NCBI GenBank assembly: GCA_046704725.1
Contig: JBJKRI010000008.1
Coordinates: forward strand, 6,191 to 70,190
Direction: 5' to 3'
DNA: 64,000 bases
From: Candidatus Woesearchaeota archaeon
Lineage (GTDB): Archaea > Nanobdellota > Nanobdellia > Woesearchaeales > SKIA01
Shown here: piece after piece, positions 53,972-63,722 of the stretch
How the letters are laid out: the number at the start of each line of letters is the position of its first letter
Numbering within the stretch: position 1 is the stretch's first letter
Notes under the pieces: model-generated
What the model saw: the letters and a program-made list of their open reading frames with translations, nothing else
What the model was told of the DNA's origin: nothing
Database searches by the model: none
Made by a program: the position numbers and the translations under genes

Positions 53972-55788
53972 CGCATCGCCTTCCGCAAGGCCTCGGAGAC
54001 CTTCTTGCCGTCCGCCTTGCCACCCAAACGCTTCATGGCATCGCCCATCAACGCGCCGAACGGCGCCTTGGGATCGGCCGCGATCGCTTCTTGCACCGCT
54101 TCGTCGATATCCGCGTCGCTCGCGGCCGCGAAACGCTGCCAATCGATTGTCCCTTCCTTGCTGTAAGAGAGAAGGATATCTTCAACCGCATCCTTGCTGA
54201 CCGCCCCCTCGGCGAGATGCTCAAGCACTGCGGGAGCGATCACGTCGATATCGATGGTCACGCCGTGACGGCGACGCAGCTCTTTCTCCTTGATCGCGAG
54301 CACATCAGCGACGATAGAAGCGGGGAGCTTCTTGGCCCACTGCTCGAAGAGCTCCATGCGGCCCGCGCGAAGCAGCTGCGACGTCAAGTCCTCGGAGATG
54401 CCGTGCTCCTTGGAAAGACGCGGAATACGCTCGGACAAGAGCTCGGGCAAGTCCACCTCGATGCCGTCGATGCGGAACGAGCGCACGTCCGTCTCGGGAT
54501 ACATGCGCGCCGCGCCAGGCATGGGGCGCAGGTACGTGGTGGTGCCGTCATCGTTGGCCTTGCGCACCTCGGATGGCACTCCATTGAGCAATTGCTTAAT
54601 ACGAACAGGTACGGGGGCAGTCCAATCACTCTCTTTCTTGCTCAGAGAGAGTAATATCTGAGCGCGAGTCTTGTTACCAATGACGAAGCAGAAACCATCG
54701 TTCTCCGCAAGATGCATGCATGCGCGCACAGCATCCCAGCTCTGAATCCCATATTTCTTCGGGTCTTCTGCGTCGTGGATGATGCCCCCAAAACCCCATG
54801 CTTTTGCCACTCCTGCCACATCTGTACCAAAACGATAGCCTGAGAAGAGTTCGCGGCCGAAAAGACCTTTTAATCCAGGGAGCCGAAGAGCTACCGCTTC
54901 GCCAGTTTGTAGCGCCTCCTGAATCCATTTCTCTGTGCTGTCGATAACCTCGCTGATGGTCTGCGCGACGGTAGCGTCCACATCGAAGGCGATATCTTCC
55001 TTGGAAAGCGCGATGAGGGATTGCTGGCGCAAGACCTCGTTCTGCGCGATGAGCGGCATGTTGTCGAGGTCCTGCACGCCCTTGATCTCGACACGCGAGC
55101 CGCTCGCGATACTGATGTTCACGTCCTGGCGGATGCTGCCCAGGCCGCGGACGACGCGACCGGTGCTGCGCAAGACCATCCCGATCTGCGCCGCGGTCCG
55201 CTGCAGGTGCTCTGGGTTCTTGATATCGGGAGCGGTGGTGATCTCCAGCAACGGGATGCCGAGGCGGGAGAGATTGTAGACGTCCTTGTCCTCGCCGCGA
55301 GAGACGATCTTCGCGGCGTCCTCCTCCAAGCAAAGGCGTTCGACGCGGACGTCGTCGAGGGTTCCGTCGAGCGCGACGAGCATCGTGCGTTGGAACGCGC
55401 TCGTGTTCGAGCCGTCCACGACGACCTTGCGCATGACGTGCACCTCGTCGACGAGCTGCATGCCCAACAATCCGGACACCATGACCGCGGTCTCCGTGCT
55501 GTGCGTGTCGGGCTGGCTGACAGGCTCCTCGTCGAGCTCGACAAGGCACGTCGTGTCCTCATAGCCCTGATAAGTGAAGCGCTTGCTCTTCTGCTGCTCG
55601 TGCGCAGCCGCCACGTCTATCGCGCCGGACTCTCCCTCGGAAGCGCGCAGGCCGCGCATGACCATGAAGTCCGGCTCGTCCTCGCGCACCAAAGCAGGGC
55701 ACGCGCAGAACAGCTTGTTTCCAGCGAGCTGCTGGTGGATCTCGAGACCGGCCTTGAATCCGAGCGCGGCGTAGTCAGGAGCGGTCAT
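53968..55788 (-). CDS. gatE: Glutamyl-tRNA(Gln) amidotransferase subunit E
   Basis: LGFKAGLEIHQQL..NKLFC, CLVELDEEP, MRKVVVDGSNTSAFQRT, LSRLGIPLLEI, GLGSIRQDVNISI, RPMPGAARMYPETD. Start set at ATG 55788. Confidence 0.95.
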   Translation of the reverse strand: MTAPDYAALGFKAGLEIHQQLAGNKLFCACPALVREDEPDFMVMRGLRASEGESGAIDVAAAHEQQKSKRFTYQGYEDTTCLVELDEEPVSQPDTHSTETAVMVSGLLGMQLVDEVHVMRKVVVDGSNTSAFQRTMLVALDGTLDDVRVERLCLEEDAAKIVSRGEDKDVYNLSRLGIPLLEITTAPDIKNPEHLQRTAAQIGMVLRSTGRVVRGLGSIRQDVNISIASGSRVEIKGVQDLDNMPLIAQNEVLRQQSLIALSKEDIAFDVDATVAQTISEVIDSTEKWIQEALQTGEAVALRLPGLKGLFGRELFSGYRFGTDVAGVAKAWGFGGIIHDAEDPKKYGIQSWDAVRACMHLAENDGFCFVIGNKTRAQILLSLSKKESDWTAPVPVRIKQLLNGVPSEVRKANDDGTTTYLRPMPGAARMYPETDVRSFRIDGIEVDLPELLSERIPRLSKEHGISEDLTSQLLRAGRMELFEQWAKKLPASIVADVLAIKEKELRRRHGVTIDIDVIAPAVLEHLAEGAVSKDAVEDILLSYSKEGTIDWQRFAAASDADIDEAVQEAIAADPKAPFGALMGDAMKRLGGKADGKKVSEALRKAMR

Positions 55789-57040
55789 AGGCCTGCTCCT
55801 CGATGCGCGGCACCGCGTCCCCGTAGTCCTTCTCCAGTCCCTCCCGCGCATCCTCCTTGCGCGACAAGAGCCAAGCGAGCTTGACGAACACCGTCTCCGG
55901 GGAGAGGGCCGAGTCATGGCCGAGCACGCCAGCGTCCTGCAAGCGGCGTCCGGCGCCGTAGACCTGGAGGCTCACGCGTCCGTTGATGCATTGCGTGGTC
56001 ATGACGACCGGCATCTTCTCCGCGAGCCTCTGGATGACCGCGAAGTTCTTCTCGTTCAGTTTCGTGTGCTCGTCGGTCGCGTTGATTGGCGCGTGGCCAA
56101 GACCGGTACCCATGATGAGCAGGCCGTCGAACGATTCGTAGCAAGAGAGCTCCTCGGGGAAGAGATTGGGATGCATGTAGGCCATGCCGACCTTGAGGTC
56201 CTCGTTGAACAGCCTGAGGGAGAAGCTTCCCGACGGGCGGGGCGGCTCCCACAGGACCTCCACCTTCTCGTCGGTGACGCGAGCGACCTGCGGGATGTTC
56301 ACCGGAGCGAAGGCGTCGCGCCGCGAGCTATGGTTCTTGCGCACGTTCGTGCCCTTCATGACCGCGATGGGACTGTCGCCGCTTCCCTCGTGCATCGCGA
56401 CGAACACGCCCGGAAGCTTCGCCGAGACGATGAAACGCGCCGCGCCGAGCAGGTTGGTGGCCGCGTCGGACGAGCCGCGGTCGCTCGAGCGTTGGCTGCC
56501 CACGATGACGACCGGCAGGTCGAGTCCCTGCAAGGCGTAGTGCAACGCCGCGGCGGTGTAATGCAATGTGTCGGTGCCCTGCGTGATGATGATGCCGGCC
56601 AGGTCCTCTTTCCGTGCTTCGGAGACAGCCTTGGCGAGGATATTGTACTGGGCGAAGCGCATGTCGTCGGACGACATGGCAGCGATGAAATCCGCCTCGC
56701 ACTGCGCGACGGACTGCAGCTCGGGATACATGGCGAGCAGCTCGTCGGGAGTGATGCGGCTGCTGGTGCCGCCAGTCGTGTAATCGACCTTGCTCGCTAT
56801 GGTGCCTCCCGTGTGGAGGATGCGGATGCGGGGGAGCTTCGCGTCCTTGGCGACGGCGCGTTTCTTGGCGGCCGGGCGCTGCTCTTTCGGCAGCGCTTCT
56901 GTCTTATCGATGTTGCGCTCGTCGATACCGACGTTATAGCCATTATCGAGCTTAAGGACCACGCCCTCGCCCTGCAGGACGATCCCTTCGAAAACAAGGC
57001 CGTTCTTGGTCGTGATACGGACGTGCGAACCGGGCTCCAT
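55775..57040 (-). CDS. gatD: Glutamyl-tRNA(Gln) amidotransferase subunit D
   Basis: KLDNGYNVGI N-terminal domain, HTGGTIASKVDY.TG, QGTDTLHYT, GSQRSSDRGSSD, HSSRRDAF. Confidence 0.95.
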   Translation of the reverse strand: MEPGSHVRITTKNGLVFEGIVLQGEGVVLKLDNGYNVGIDERNIDKTEALPKEQRPAAKKRAVAKDAKLPRIRILHTGGTIASKVDYTTGGTSSRITPDELLAMYPELQSVAQCEADFIAAMSSDDMRFAQYNILAKAVSEARKEDLAGIIITQGTDTLHYTAAALHYALQGLDLPVVIVGSQRSSDRGSSDAATNLLGAARFIVSAKLPGVFVAMHEGSGDSPIAVMKGTNVRKNHSSRRDAFAPVNIPQVARVTDEKVEVLWEPPRPSGSFSLRLFNEDLKVGMAYMHPNLFPEELSCYESFDGLLIMGTGLGHAPINATDEHTKLNEKNFAVIQRLAEKMPVVMTTQCINGRVSLQVYGAGRRLQDAGVLGHDSALSPETVFVKLAWLLSRKEDAREGLEKDYGDAVPRIEEQAYDRS

Positions 57041-57087
57041 AGGGTGGGAAGAATGATAGAGATATAAAAAGCGTTCGCGCCGAAAGC

Positions 57088-57426
57088 CTACTTGGAGCGC
57101 TTTTTGGCGGTCTTTCTGGGGCGCTTGGCGGCCTTCTTGGAAGAACGCTTCGTCGCTCTCTTCCGAACAGCCTTCTTGGCCGCGCGCTTGGGAGCCTTCT
57201 TCGCGACCTTCTTGCGGGAAGCCGCTTTCTTGGCCGGACGCTTGGTGGTGCGCTTCTTCGCCGCTTTCCTCGCGCGCTTGGTGACCGAGACCGTCTTGCC
57301 CTTCACCGACTTCGCCTTCTTGCTCTTGCTCTTCTTGCGCAACGCGACCGCTGCCGCTGTGACAGCGCCCGCCGCTGCCGCTGCCGCGACACCGATCTTG
57401 ACCTTCTTCTTGGTGGACTTCTTCAT
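57088..57426 (-). CDS. Lys/Arg/Ala-rich histone H1-like protein with an N-terminal hydrophobic segment (112 aa)
   Basis: ATG 57426 follows a CAGGTGA SD. IGVAAAAAAGAVTAAAVAL followed by KKAA/KRAA/KKVAKKAP repeats. Confidence 0.7.
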   Translation of the reverse strand: MKKSTKKKVKIGVAAAAAAGAVTAAAVALRKKSKSKKAKSVKGKTVSVTKRARKAAKKRTTKRPAKKAASRKKVAKKAPKRAAKKAVRKRATKRSSKKAAKRPRKTAKKRSK

Positions 57427-57502
57427 CAGGGAATCACCTGTGATTGATGTCGTTTCCAAGCGCGCACGCTATTTAAAACTGCGTATCCCGATCGTAAGAT
57501 TA

Positions 57503-58117
57503 TCAATCTCTCGTTACTGATCGAGCGCCTCTCGGGAGCAGAGAACGGGCGCGCGTGAGTGCGGCCGCTGTAGGCGGGAAACCGAAACGCTCACGGAAAC
57601 GGCGTTCGAAGGGACCTTTCCCGTTGATGATATCGAGCAGTGCCTGATGTCCGTGCATCTCTTCCAGGAGCCGGCAGGCATCCACTGCAGCTGAATAGAA
57701 CCCTGGAGCGTCTTCGTCATGAAGATCCACCGATGGAACCATGATCTCTCTCGGGTCGAACTGCCCTGCCGCGAGCATCGCGATGCCTTCGCGGAACCAT
57801 TTTGGGAGCGTCTGTCGGGCGATGCGATCCGTGAAGAGGTGCGCGAGCTCATGCTTGAGCAGCGCGAAGTAGAACCGCTCGTCCGCGGGATGCAGACCCT
57901 CATCGTGTATGACCTGCAGCCGCAGGAGATAGACATCCAGTGGAGCCTCGCACCAACCGACCTGCCAATGCGAGGACGCCCTCCCGAGAAGAGCGTCCAT
58001 CATCGCGCGGTCCTCCACTATATGGACGTGTGGGAGCTGGTCACGCCAGTCCAAACTGAAGAACGAGCGTAGCTCATCGATTGCTTTCGGGATCGCGATC
58101 TCCAACCAAGCGTCCAT
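57503..58117 (-). CDS. Peptidase MA-like zinc metallopeptidase
   Basis: HELAH followed by LPKWFREGIA. Confidence 0.75.
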   Translation of the reverse strand: MDAWLEIAIPKAIDELRSFFSLDWRDQLPHVHIVEDRAMMDALLGRASSHWQVGWCEAPLDVYLLRLQVIHDEGLHPADERFYFALLKHELAHLFTDRIARQTLPKWFREGIAMLAAGQFDPREIMVPSVDLHDEDAPGFYSAAVDACRLLEEMHGHQALLDIINGKGPFERRFRERFGFPPTAAALTRARSLLPRGARSVTRD

Positions 58118-58147
58118 GATGAATGGGTTATACGGATGTAGATAACC

Positions 58148-60736
58148 TTATCCGTAATAGCTTGGCTTGCTCTTGAGCTCCTCGGCGCGCGCGGTGCGGA
58201 ACGAATCGCGCATCTCCTCGTAGGCGTGCTGGATCTCCTCGGTAACAGAGGGCTTGACCTTGTCAAGAGCCTTGTCGAAGAACTCCATCGCGATGCGGTC
58301 GGATGTCGGGTCCGCGCGGATCGCCATGATCGCTGCTTCCCTGACGAGCGCCTCGATATCGGCGCCGACGAAGCCTTCGGTCTTCTCTATGAGCGTTGCC
58401 ATGTCCACGTCTTTTGAGAGGGTGACGCCGCGCATGTGGATCTCGAGGATCTTCTTGCGCGCGTCCTTGTCGGGGACGGGGACGAGCACGATGCGGTCGA
58501 ATCGGCCGGGACGCAGCAATGCAGGGTCGATCATGTCCGGCCGGTTGGTCGCGCCGATGACCACGATATCCGTGAGTTCCTGCAGGCCGTCGATCTCCGT
58601 GAGGAGCTGGTTGACGACGCGCTCGGTCACATGGCTGTCGCCGCTGCCGCCGCGCTTGGGCGCCAAAGAATCGATCTCGTCGAAGAAGATGATGCTCGGC
58701 GACGCCTGGCGCGCCTTCTGGAAGATCTGGCGCACGGCCTTCTCGCTCTCGCCCACCCACTTGCTGAGCAGCTCGGGACCCTTGACGAGGATGAAGTTCG
58801 CGCGCGACTGGTTCGCGATGGCTTTCGCGAGCATGGTCTTTCCCGTGCCGGGAGCGCCGTACAAGAGCACGCCCTTGGGAGGCTTGATGCCCATGCGACT
58901 GAAGACCTCGCGGTTGTTGAGCGGCCACTCGACCGCCTCGATGAGCTCCTGGCGCACGTCGTCAAGACCGCCCACGTCGTCCCAGGTGACGTTCGGCGCC
59001 TCGATGAGGACCTCTCGCAACGCGCTGGGACGTACGGTCTTGAGCGCCTCGAGGAAATCGTCTTGCGTGATACGGAGCTTCTCGAGCACTTCCGGCGGTA
59101 TCGGCTCGTCCTCCTTGAGGTCGAGGTTCGGCAAGAGACGGCGGAGCACGATCATCGCGCTCTCGCGCGTCAATGCAGCAAGGTCAGCGCCGACGAAACC
59201 GTGCGTGATATCGGCGATCTCACTGAGCATCTCCTCGCGGGAGCGCTCGCGCGCCTTCTCGTTCACGTCGTGCAGGAAATCGCCTGGCAGCTTCTCAAGC
59301 GCCTTTTTCAGGTCGGAGGCGGCCTCGCTGACAGCCTCTTCAAGGACGGTCTTGGCCTCGCTGCCGCTGAGCTTCTGCGCGTTCTTCTCGATTGCGGAGG
59401 CGAGCTGCTGGCGCGCGCCGCCCTTGGCGAGCAATTCTCGTGCGTGGCGCACGTCCTTGAGCTCTCCGGGATTCTCGCCGCTCTTGACGAGCCGCTCCTC
59501 GAGCGTCTTGAGTCGTGAGACGAGCTCGTCCACGAAGACCTTGCTCCGGTAGGCGACAAGGGGCATGTTGCGGCTGTGGATCTTGAGGATGTTGAGGCGT
59601 CCTTCCTTTCGGGGAACGCCGATCTCGATCTCGCGGTCGAAGCGTCCCGGACGACGCAGCGCGGGGTCGAGCTGGTTGGGGATGTTCGTCGCTGCGATGA
59701 CCACGACCTTGCCACGGCTCTTCAGGCCGTCCATGAGGGCGAGCAATTGCGCGACGACGCGTCTTTCGACCTCTCCCTTGGATTCCTCGCGCTTGGAGGC
59801 GATGGCGTCTATCTCATCGATGAAGATGATGGACGGAGCGTTCTTCTCGGCGTCCTCGAACTTCTTGCGGAGGTTCTCCTCGGACTGGCCGTAGTACTTG
59901 CTCATGATCTCCGGACCGTTGATGAGGATGAAGTTGCTGTTGGTCTCGGAGGCGACCGCTTTTGCGAGCAAGGTCTTTCCCGTGCCCGGCGGACCGTGCA
60001 GGAGGACTCCCTTGGGGGGCTCGATGCCCAATCGCTCGAAGATCTCCGGGTACTTGAGGGGCAGCTCGATCATCTCGCGGACCTTCTTGACCTCGTCGTC
60101 GAGACCGCCGATGTCCTCGTAGGTGACCTCGGGCAGGCCCTTCTCCTCGACCTCGACGGCCTCTGGATTGAACTCGACCTCGGTGTTCTCGGTGATGATG
60201 ACGGCTCCCTTGGGCTCCGCCTTGGCCACGACGAACTTGAGGTCGCCGAGACCGAAGCCGACCATGTTCTCATCGAGCATGTTGAAGACCTCGTCGAAGA
60301 ACGGGGAGCCGCTCATCGTCGAGCGGCGGCGACGCGTGCCGCCGAGGCTGACGACATCGCCCTGCATAACAGCGCGGCCGAGCAGGCCCTGCTTGAAGAT
60401 GATGGGGGACGCGCGGATCATGATGCCCTTTCTCGCGGGCGCGATGACCACTTTCTGCGCCTCCTGGACGGTGGCTTTCCTCACGGAGACCATCTCGCCG
60501 ATGCTGGTGCGCGCGTTGCGGCGGAGCAGTCCGTCAAGACGGATGATGTTGAGGCCGATGTCGCCGGGGTAGGCGCGGTCGGCGATGCCGACGGTGAGGC
60601 GCTCGCCCTTGATCTCGACGATGTCGCCCGGACGCACCTCTATCTGGTGCATATAGCTGGAATCGATGCGGACGATGCCCTTGTTGACGTCGTCTTGGAT
60701 GGCCTCTGCGACTTTGAGCTTGATCTCCTTGGTCAT
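58148..60736 (-). CDS. cdc48: CDC48/VCP family AAA+ ATPase with an ~100-aa helical insert in D1
   Basis: N-domain [18 protein letters not shown], two Walker A motifs ([16 protein letters not shown]), FIDEID/FFDEID Walker [11 protein letters not shown] and [10 protein letters not shown]. Confidence 0.95.
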   Translation of the reverse strand: MTKEIKLKVAEAIQDDVNKGIVRIDSSYMHQIEVRPGDIVEIKGERLTVGIADRAYPGDIGLNIIRLDGLLRRNARTSIGEMVSVRKATVQEAQKVVIAPARKGIMIRASPIIFKQGLLGRAVMQGDVVSLGGTRRRRSTMSGSPFFDEVFNMLDENMVGFGLGDLKFVVAKAEPKGAVIITENTEVEFNPEAVEVEEKGLPEVTYEDIGGLDDEVKKVREMIELPLKYPEIFERLGIEPPKGVLLHGPPGTGKTLLAKAVASETNSNFILINGPEIMSKYYGQSEENLRKKFEDAEKNAPSIIFIDEIDAIASKREESKGEVERRVVAQLLALMDGLKSRGKVVVIAATNIPNQLDPALRRPGRFDREIEIGVPRKEGRLNILKIHSRNMPLVAYRSKVFVDELVSRLKTLEERLVKSGENPGELKDVRHARELLAKGGARQQLASAIEKNAQKLSGSEAKTVLEEAVSEAASDLKKALEKLPGDFLHDVNEKARERSREEMLSEIADITHGFVGADLAALTRESAMIVLRRLLPNLDLKEDEPIPPEVLEKLRITQDDFLEALKTVRPSALREVLIEAPNVTWDDVGGLDDVRQELIEAVEWPLNNREVFSRMGIKPPKGVLLYGAPGTGKTMLAKAIANQSRANFILVKGPELLSKWVGESEKAVRQIFQKARQASPSIIFFDEIDSLAPKRGGSGDSHVTERVVNQLLTEIDGLQELTDIVVIGATNRPDMIDPALLRPGRFDRIVLVPVPDKDARKKILEIHMRGVTLSKDVDMATLIEKTEGFVGADIEALVREAAIMAIRADPTSDRIAMEFFDKALDKVKPSVTEEIQHAYEEMRDSFRTARAEELKSKPSYYG

Positions 60737-60799
60737 GCGTTCGGAGCGAGAGCGTTATCCTTTAAAAAGATTCTTCTTGTCGACTTCAAGTCAACAGCC

Positions 60800-61261
60800 C
60801 TATTTCTTGCTCTTCTCATCCTTCTTGCCCTGCTTGGCCGAGACGGACTTGACCTGCTTGGGCTCTTGGACGCGCACGCGCGGCAGGTTGAAGGGAGGCG
60901 GAAGGCTCAGCTCGCGGCTGAGCATGAGCGCCTGGACGTGGCAGCGGTTGAGGATATTGTTCATGACCTCCTCGAGCACCTTGGGCGGGAAGTCATGCTT
61001 GTCCTTCCAACGCTTGAGCGTGGACTCGGTGATATCCTCGGAGAAGAGCATGGTGATATCGCCCAGAAGCTCCATCTCCGCGATCTTGGGCTGATACTCG
61101 ACGCCGAAAGTGAATGTGAAACGCAAGGCCTTTGGACCGTTCGCGATAGTGACGCCCTCGACATCCGTGGGCTCGCACTTCCGATTCACGGTGATATTCC
61201 CCTTGACGGGAGCATGCTTTATCGCTGAAACCTTGTTGAAATTGAAACCGATGACTGCCAT
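60800..61261 (-). CDS. Conserved-looking hypothetical protein (possible SecB-like fold)
   Basis: IGFNFNKV.A...F.F.FGVEYQP.IA.M.L.G.I...L..C.VQAL.LSRELSLPPP pattern; the fold is inferred. Confidence 0.55.
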   Translation of the reverse strand: MAVIGFNFNKVSAIKHAPVKGNITVNRKCEPTDVEGVTIANGPKALRFTFTFGVEYQPKIAEMELLGDITMLFSEDITESTLKRWKDKHDFPPKVLEEVMNNILNRCHVQALMLSRELSLPPPFNLPRVRVQEPKQVKSVSAKQGKKDEKSKK

Positions 61262-61303
61262 TGATGATTCCTCCTGAATAGGTGCGACACTCCTCCGTCC
61301 TTC

Positions 61304-61894
61304 TTAAGGTTTATCCTGCAATTGGGGGTGCTTTGTGCGGAACGCAGGAGGCAGGTACCCGTCAGGCATGCGAATCCGGTGCCCGTACTGCTGCACTGGC
61401 CCGATCGGCGCGAGACTGACCGTACGATCAATCGGCGATGCGAACGTGCAGATCATACTCTCTCGCTCTTTCACGATGTCCACCGCCAGACCGCCCACGG
61501 CTACGAGTTCGAGGAACGGCATGTCCGCGACGAAACGGATGGTGTTGCGACCGAGGGAGGTCGGAATCCGGATCTCCGGCACCCCCATCCAACCTGTGAG
61601 GCGCTCGAGACGCGGCCGGCGCCACCGACGCGGAACAGGGTTGTATGCCGGATGCAAACGGTATATCGGCCGCGCGATCCCCTTCACGCCCTGAGGCAGC
61701 CGCGTATTCCGCACACTGGTCAAGACCACATCCTCCACCTCGAGCATGAACTCCTGGAAGTCACGCAGATCATCGACCTTTCCATAGAACGGCCCAGCAT
61801 CAGGATTGAAGATGCTCGGTCCGAAAGAATACAACGGCGATAGGTTCTCATGGAACCGATGGGTGACTTTCATGGATGGGTGAAACCACTTCAC
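61304..61894 (-). CDS. Hypothetical protein (196 aa)
   Basis: ORF fills the gap between neighbours; no motif recognised. Confidence 0.5.
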   Translation of the reverse strand: MKWFHPSMKVTHRFHENLSPLYSFGPSIFNPDAGPFYGKVDDLRDFQEFMLEVEDVVLTSVRNTRLPQGVKGIARPIYRLHPAYNPVPRRWRRPRLERLTGWMGVPEIRIPTSLGRNTIRFVADMPFLELVAVGGLAVDIVKERESMICTFASPIDRTVSLAPIGPVQQYGHRIRMPDGYLPPAFRTKHPQLQDKP

Positions 61895-62748
61895 TATTTA
61901 GTATCGACTGCCGAAAGAACGGTGTACATGTCGTCTAGCGCAGCGATGATGGACGGTTCGTGGGTGATGACGATCGTCTCGGCGTTGCGCGTGTTCGCGT
62001 TCGCGGTCGGGTTGTAGCTGCCGAAGATCGCCGTATCGTCGTCGATGACGAAGGCCTTGAGATGCATGACACCAGGGATGTCCGGGGTCGCGACGGGGAT
62101 GCCGGAAGCGACGAGCGCCTTATACTCAGAACCGCGACCGTTGGCGTTCTGGGGCTCGATGACGCCGCGCACGTCCACGCCCCGCGCCTCTTTCTGGCGG
62201 AGCGTCAGTCCTATCGCGTCGCTCGTGAACGAGAACGTCATGAAACGGATGGAGCTGTCGGCTTTCTCCAACGCGGCCACGACGTGCTCCTCGCACGCAT
62301 CGCGCGGACAGAACAGGACGGTCATTGAACGGTTGTTGAGCATCCAGGTCTTCGGGTGGCTGCCGGAGCCATCATGCTGGAGGAAGGCGTACTCGGCGCT
62401 GAGCGCTCTGGCGAGCGTGGCCGAATGGAAACGGACGACGATGTTCGCGTTCTTCTCCAACCCGTTGGACGTGGGGTTCGCCGTGCCCACGACAGCGTCG
62501 GTGCCGTTGAAGCACCACTTGTCGTGCATGTACTCGGCCACACGGATGGGGGTCCCGACGCCGTGAAAGTTACGATGGTCCACGAGCATGCCCGGCCGGC
62601 TCCAATTGGCGTCAGCGTCGAAGAAGGCGCACGTCGCGAAACCGTCATAGGCCGCCGTGCACGACGGGCAGGTGAAGACCTGCACGGCGCCCTGCTCGCT
62701 GACGGTGCACGCGCCGAGAAGCAAGAGGATGAGGATGAAGGTGCGCAT
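61894..62748 (-). CDS. Secreted/lipoprotein phospholipase D-superfamily protein (nuclease-like)
   Basis: LLLLGAC lipobox, MHDKW...GTANPT and MHLKAFVIDD....GSYNPT HKD motifs, IRFMTFSFT. Confidence 0.85.
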   Translation of the reverse strand: MRTFILILLLLGACTVSEQGAVQVFTCPSCTAAYDGFATCAFFDADANWSRPGMLVDHRNFHGVGTPIRVAEYMHDKWCFNGTDAVVGTANPTSNGLEKNANIVVRFHSATLARALSAEYAFLQHDGSGSHPKTWMLNNRSMTVLFCPRDACEEHVVAALEKADSSIRFMTFSFTSDAIGLTLRQKEARGVDVRGVIEPQNANGRGSEYKALVASGIPVATPDIPGVMHLKAFVIDDDTAIFGSYNPTANANTRNAETIVITHEPSIIAALDDMYTVLSAVDTK

Positions 62749-62826
62749 GGAGGGTCGTTGTGCGCCAACCTTTACTGCTGTTCACGCTCTGGAACCGGAA
62801 AACACCATCTCCGAAGGGAACACAGC

Positions 62827-63315
62827 TCACTTGGAGAGTGGATTGTCCGTGGGGCAGATGCCTTCAAGGGTCTTCTTCACGCAGATACCGTCACAGCACA
62901 TCTTGACGGTGTGGTTCTCCCGTGTATCTGTCGGACCGAGCGGGATTGTGCGGGCGAAATCGGTGTAGGGGCACGAGCCGATGCAATCCGGCGTGAGGTT
63001 CTGCACGTCGGTCTGGAACCTGCCGTCCACGAAAGCGGTGCAGCTCTGCGGAATCGCGTGGTACTGGAGTATGAGACTGACGTACGCGACGTCCGTGTAG
63101 GGTGCGTTGCACGTGAACGAGGTGTTGTCGAAGGTCGGGGTGCCGAGGGTGAAGGCGCCCTTGGTCACGCTCGGGCTGTCAAGGCCGATGCCCTGCTGCT
63201 GGGCGAGCACCTCGTTGGAGGCGTACTTCGCGCCCGAGCTCACGACGAAGAATAATACAGAGCCCATGAGCAGCGCGGCCATGGCGATGATGAAGAACAG
63301 CACACGATAGTTCAT
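62827..63315 (-). CDS. Membrane-anchored Cys-rich hypothetical protein
   Basis: N-terminal TM followed by several Cys, including KMCCDGIC. Confidence 0.55.
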   Translation of the reverse strand: MNYRVLFFIIAMAALLMGSVLFFVVSSGAKYASNEVLAQQQGIGLDSPSVTKGAFTLGTPTFDNTSFTCNAPYTDVAYVSLILQYHAIPQSCTAFVDGRFQTDVQNLTPDCIGSCPYTDFARTIPLGPTDTRENHTVKMCCDGICVKKTLEGICPTDNPLSK

Positions 63316-63722
63316 AGCCCGTATCTGACGTCCCCGTACGCGTCGGCGAGCGCGGACAAGAAGCGCGCTTCGGGCGTGTCGGGGACATACACCTCTGCAT
63401 CCTCACCGGCGACCTCTTTCAAATAGGTTTCTATCTCGCTCGCGGTGAGCGAGGACAGTAGCAAGTCAGTGGAAACGTCCTCGTCCTCTGTGTAGGCTTT
63501 GAGACGCAGGGCGGCCGCCTCGTCGCGAGAGCCGCACACCAGGCCGTCCGGCGCGCGCGATACCTCGACGCGACCGTTGAGAGCGTCCCGGAGCAGGAGT
63601 TCGGCAGCTCGCGTGTTGCCTGTGCGCTCCGGAGCGTCGGACAAGACGATCTTCTCGCCCGCGCGGATGTCGCCGCGCTCGCGCAATTCCCGACGGAAAC
63701 GGCGCAACAGGGCATTGCTCAT
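63312..63722 (-). CDS. Hypothetical protein, possibly a degenerate TtuA/Ctu1-like PP-loop remnant
   Basis: RRFRREL...I..GEKIVL start and LL..LT..EI..Y...FL..L...YGD.RYGL end resemble the TtuA skeleton but lack SGGKDS and CxxC. Confidence 0.4.
   Translation of the reverse strand: MSNALLRRFRRELRERGDIRAGEKIVLSDAPERTGNTRAAELLLRDALNGRVEVSRAPDGLVCGSRDEAAALRLKAYTEDEDVSTDLLLSSLTASEIETYLKEVAGEDAEVYVPDTPEARFLSALADAYGDVRYGL

Noticed and set aside
59230-59557. Intein in CDC48
   Set aside because: No N-terminal Cys/Ser block, no His-Asn C-terminal end and no endonuclease motif.
58254-61228. Long plus-strand ORFs opposite cdc48, and similar antisense ORFs across the giant gene, moxR and gatDE
   Set aside because: These are antisense shadows expected in GC-rich genes with biased codon use and have no motifs.
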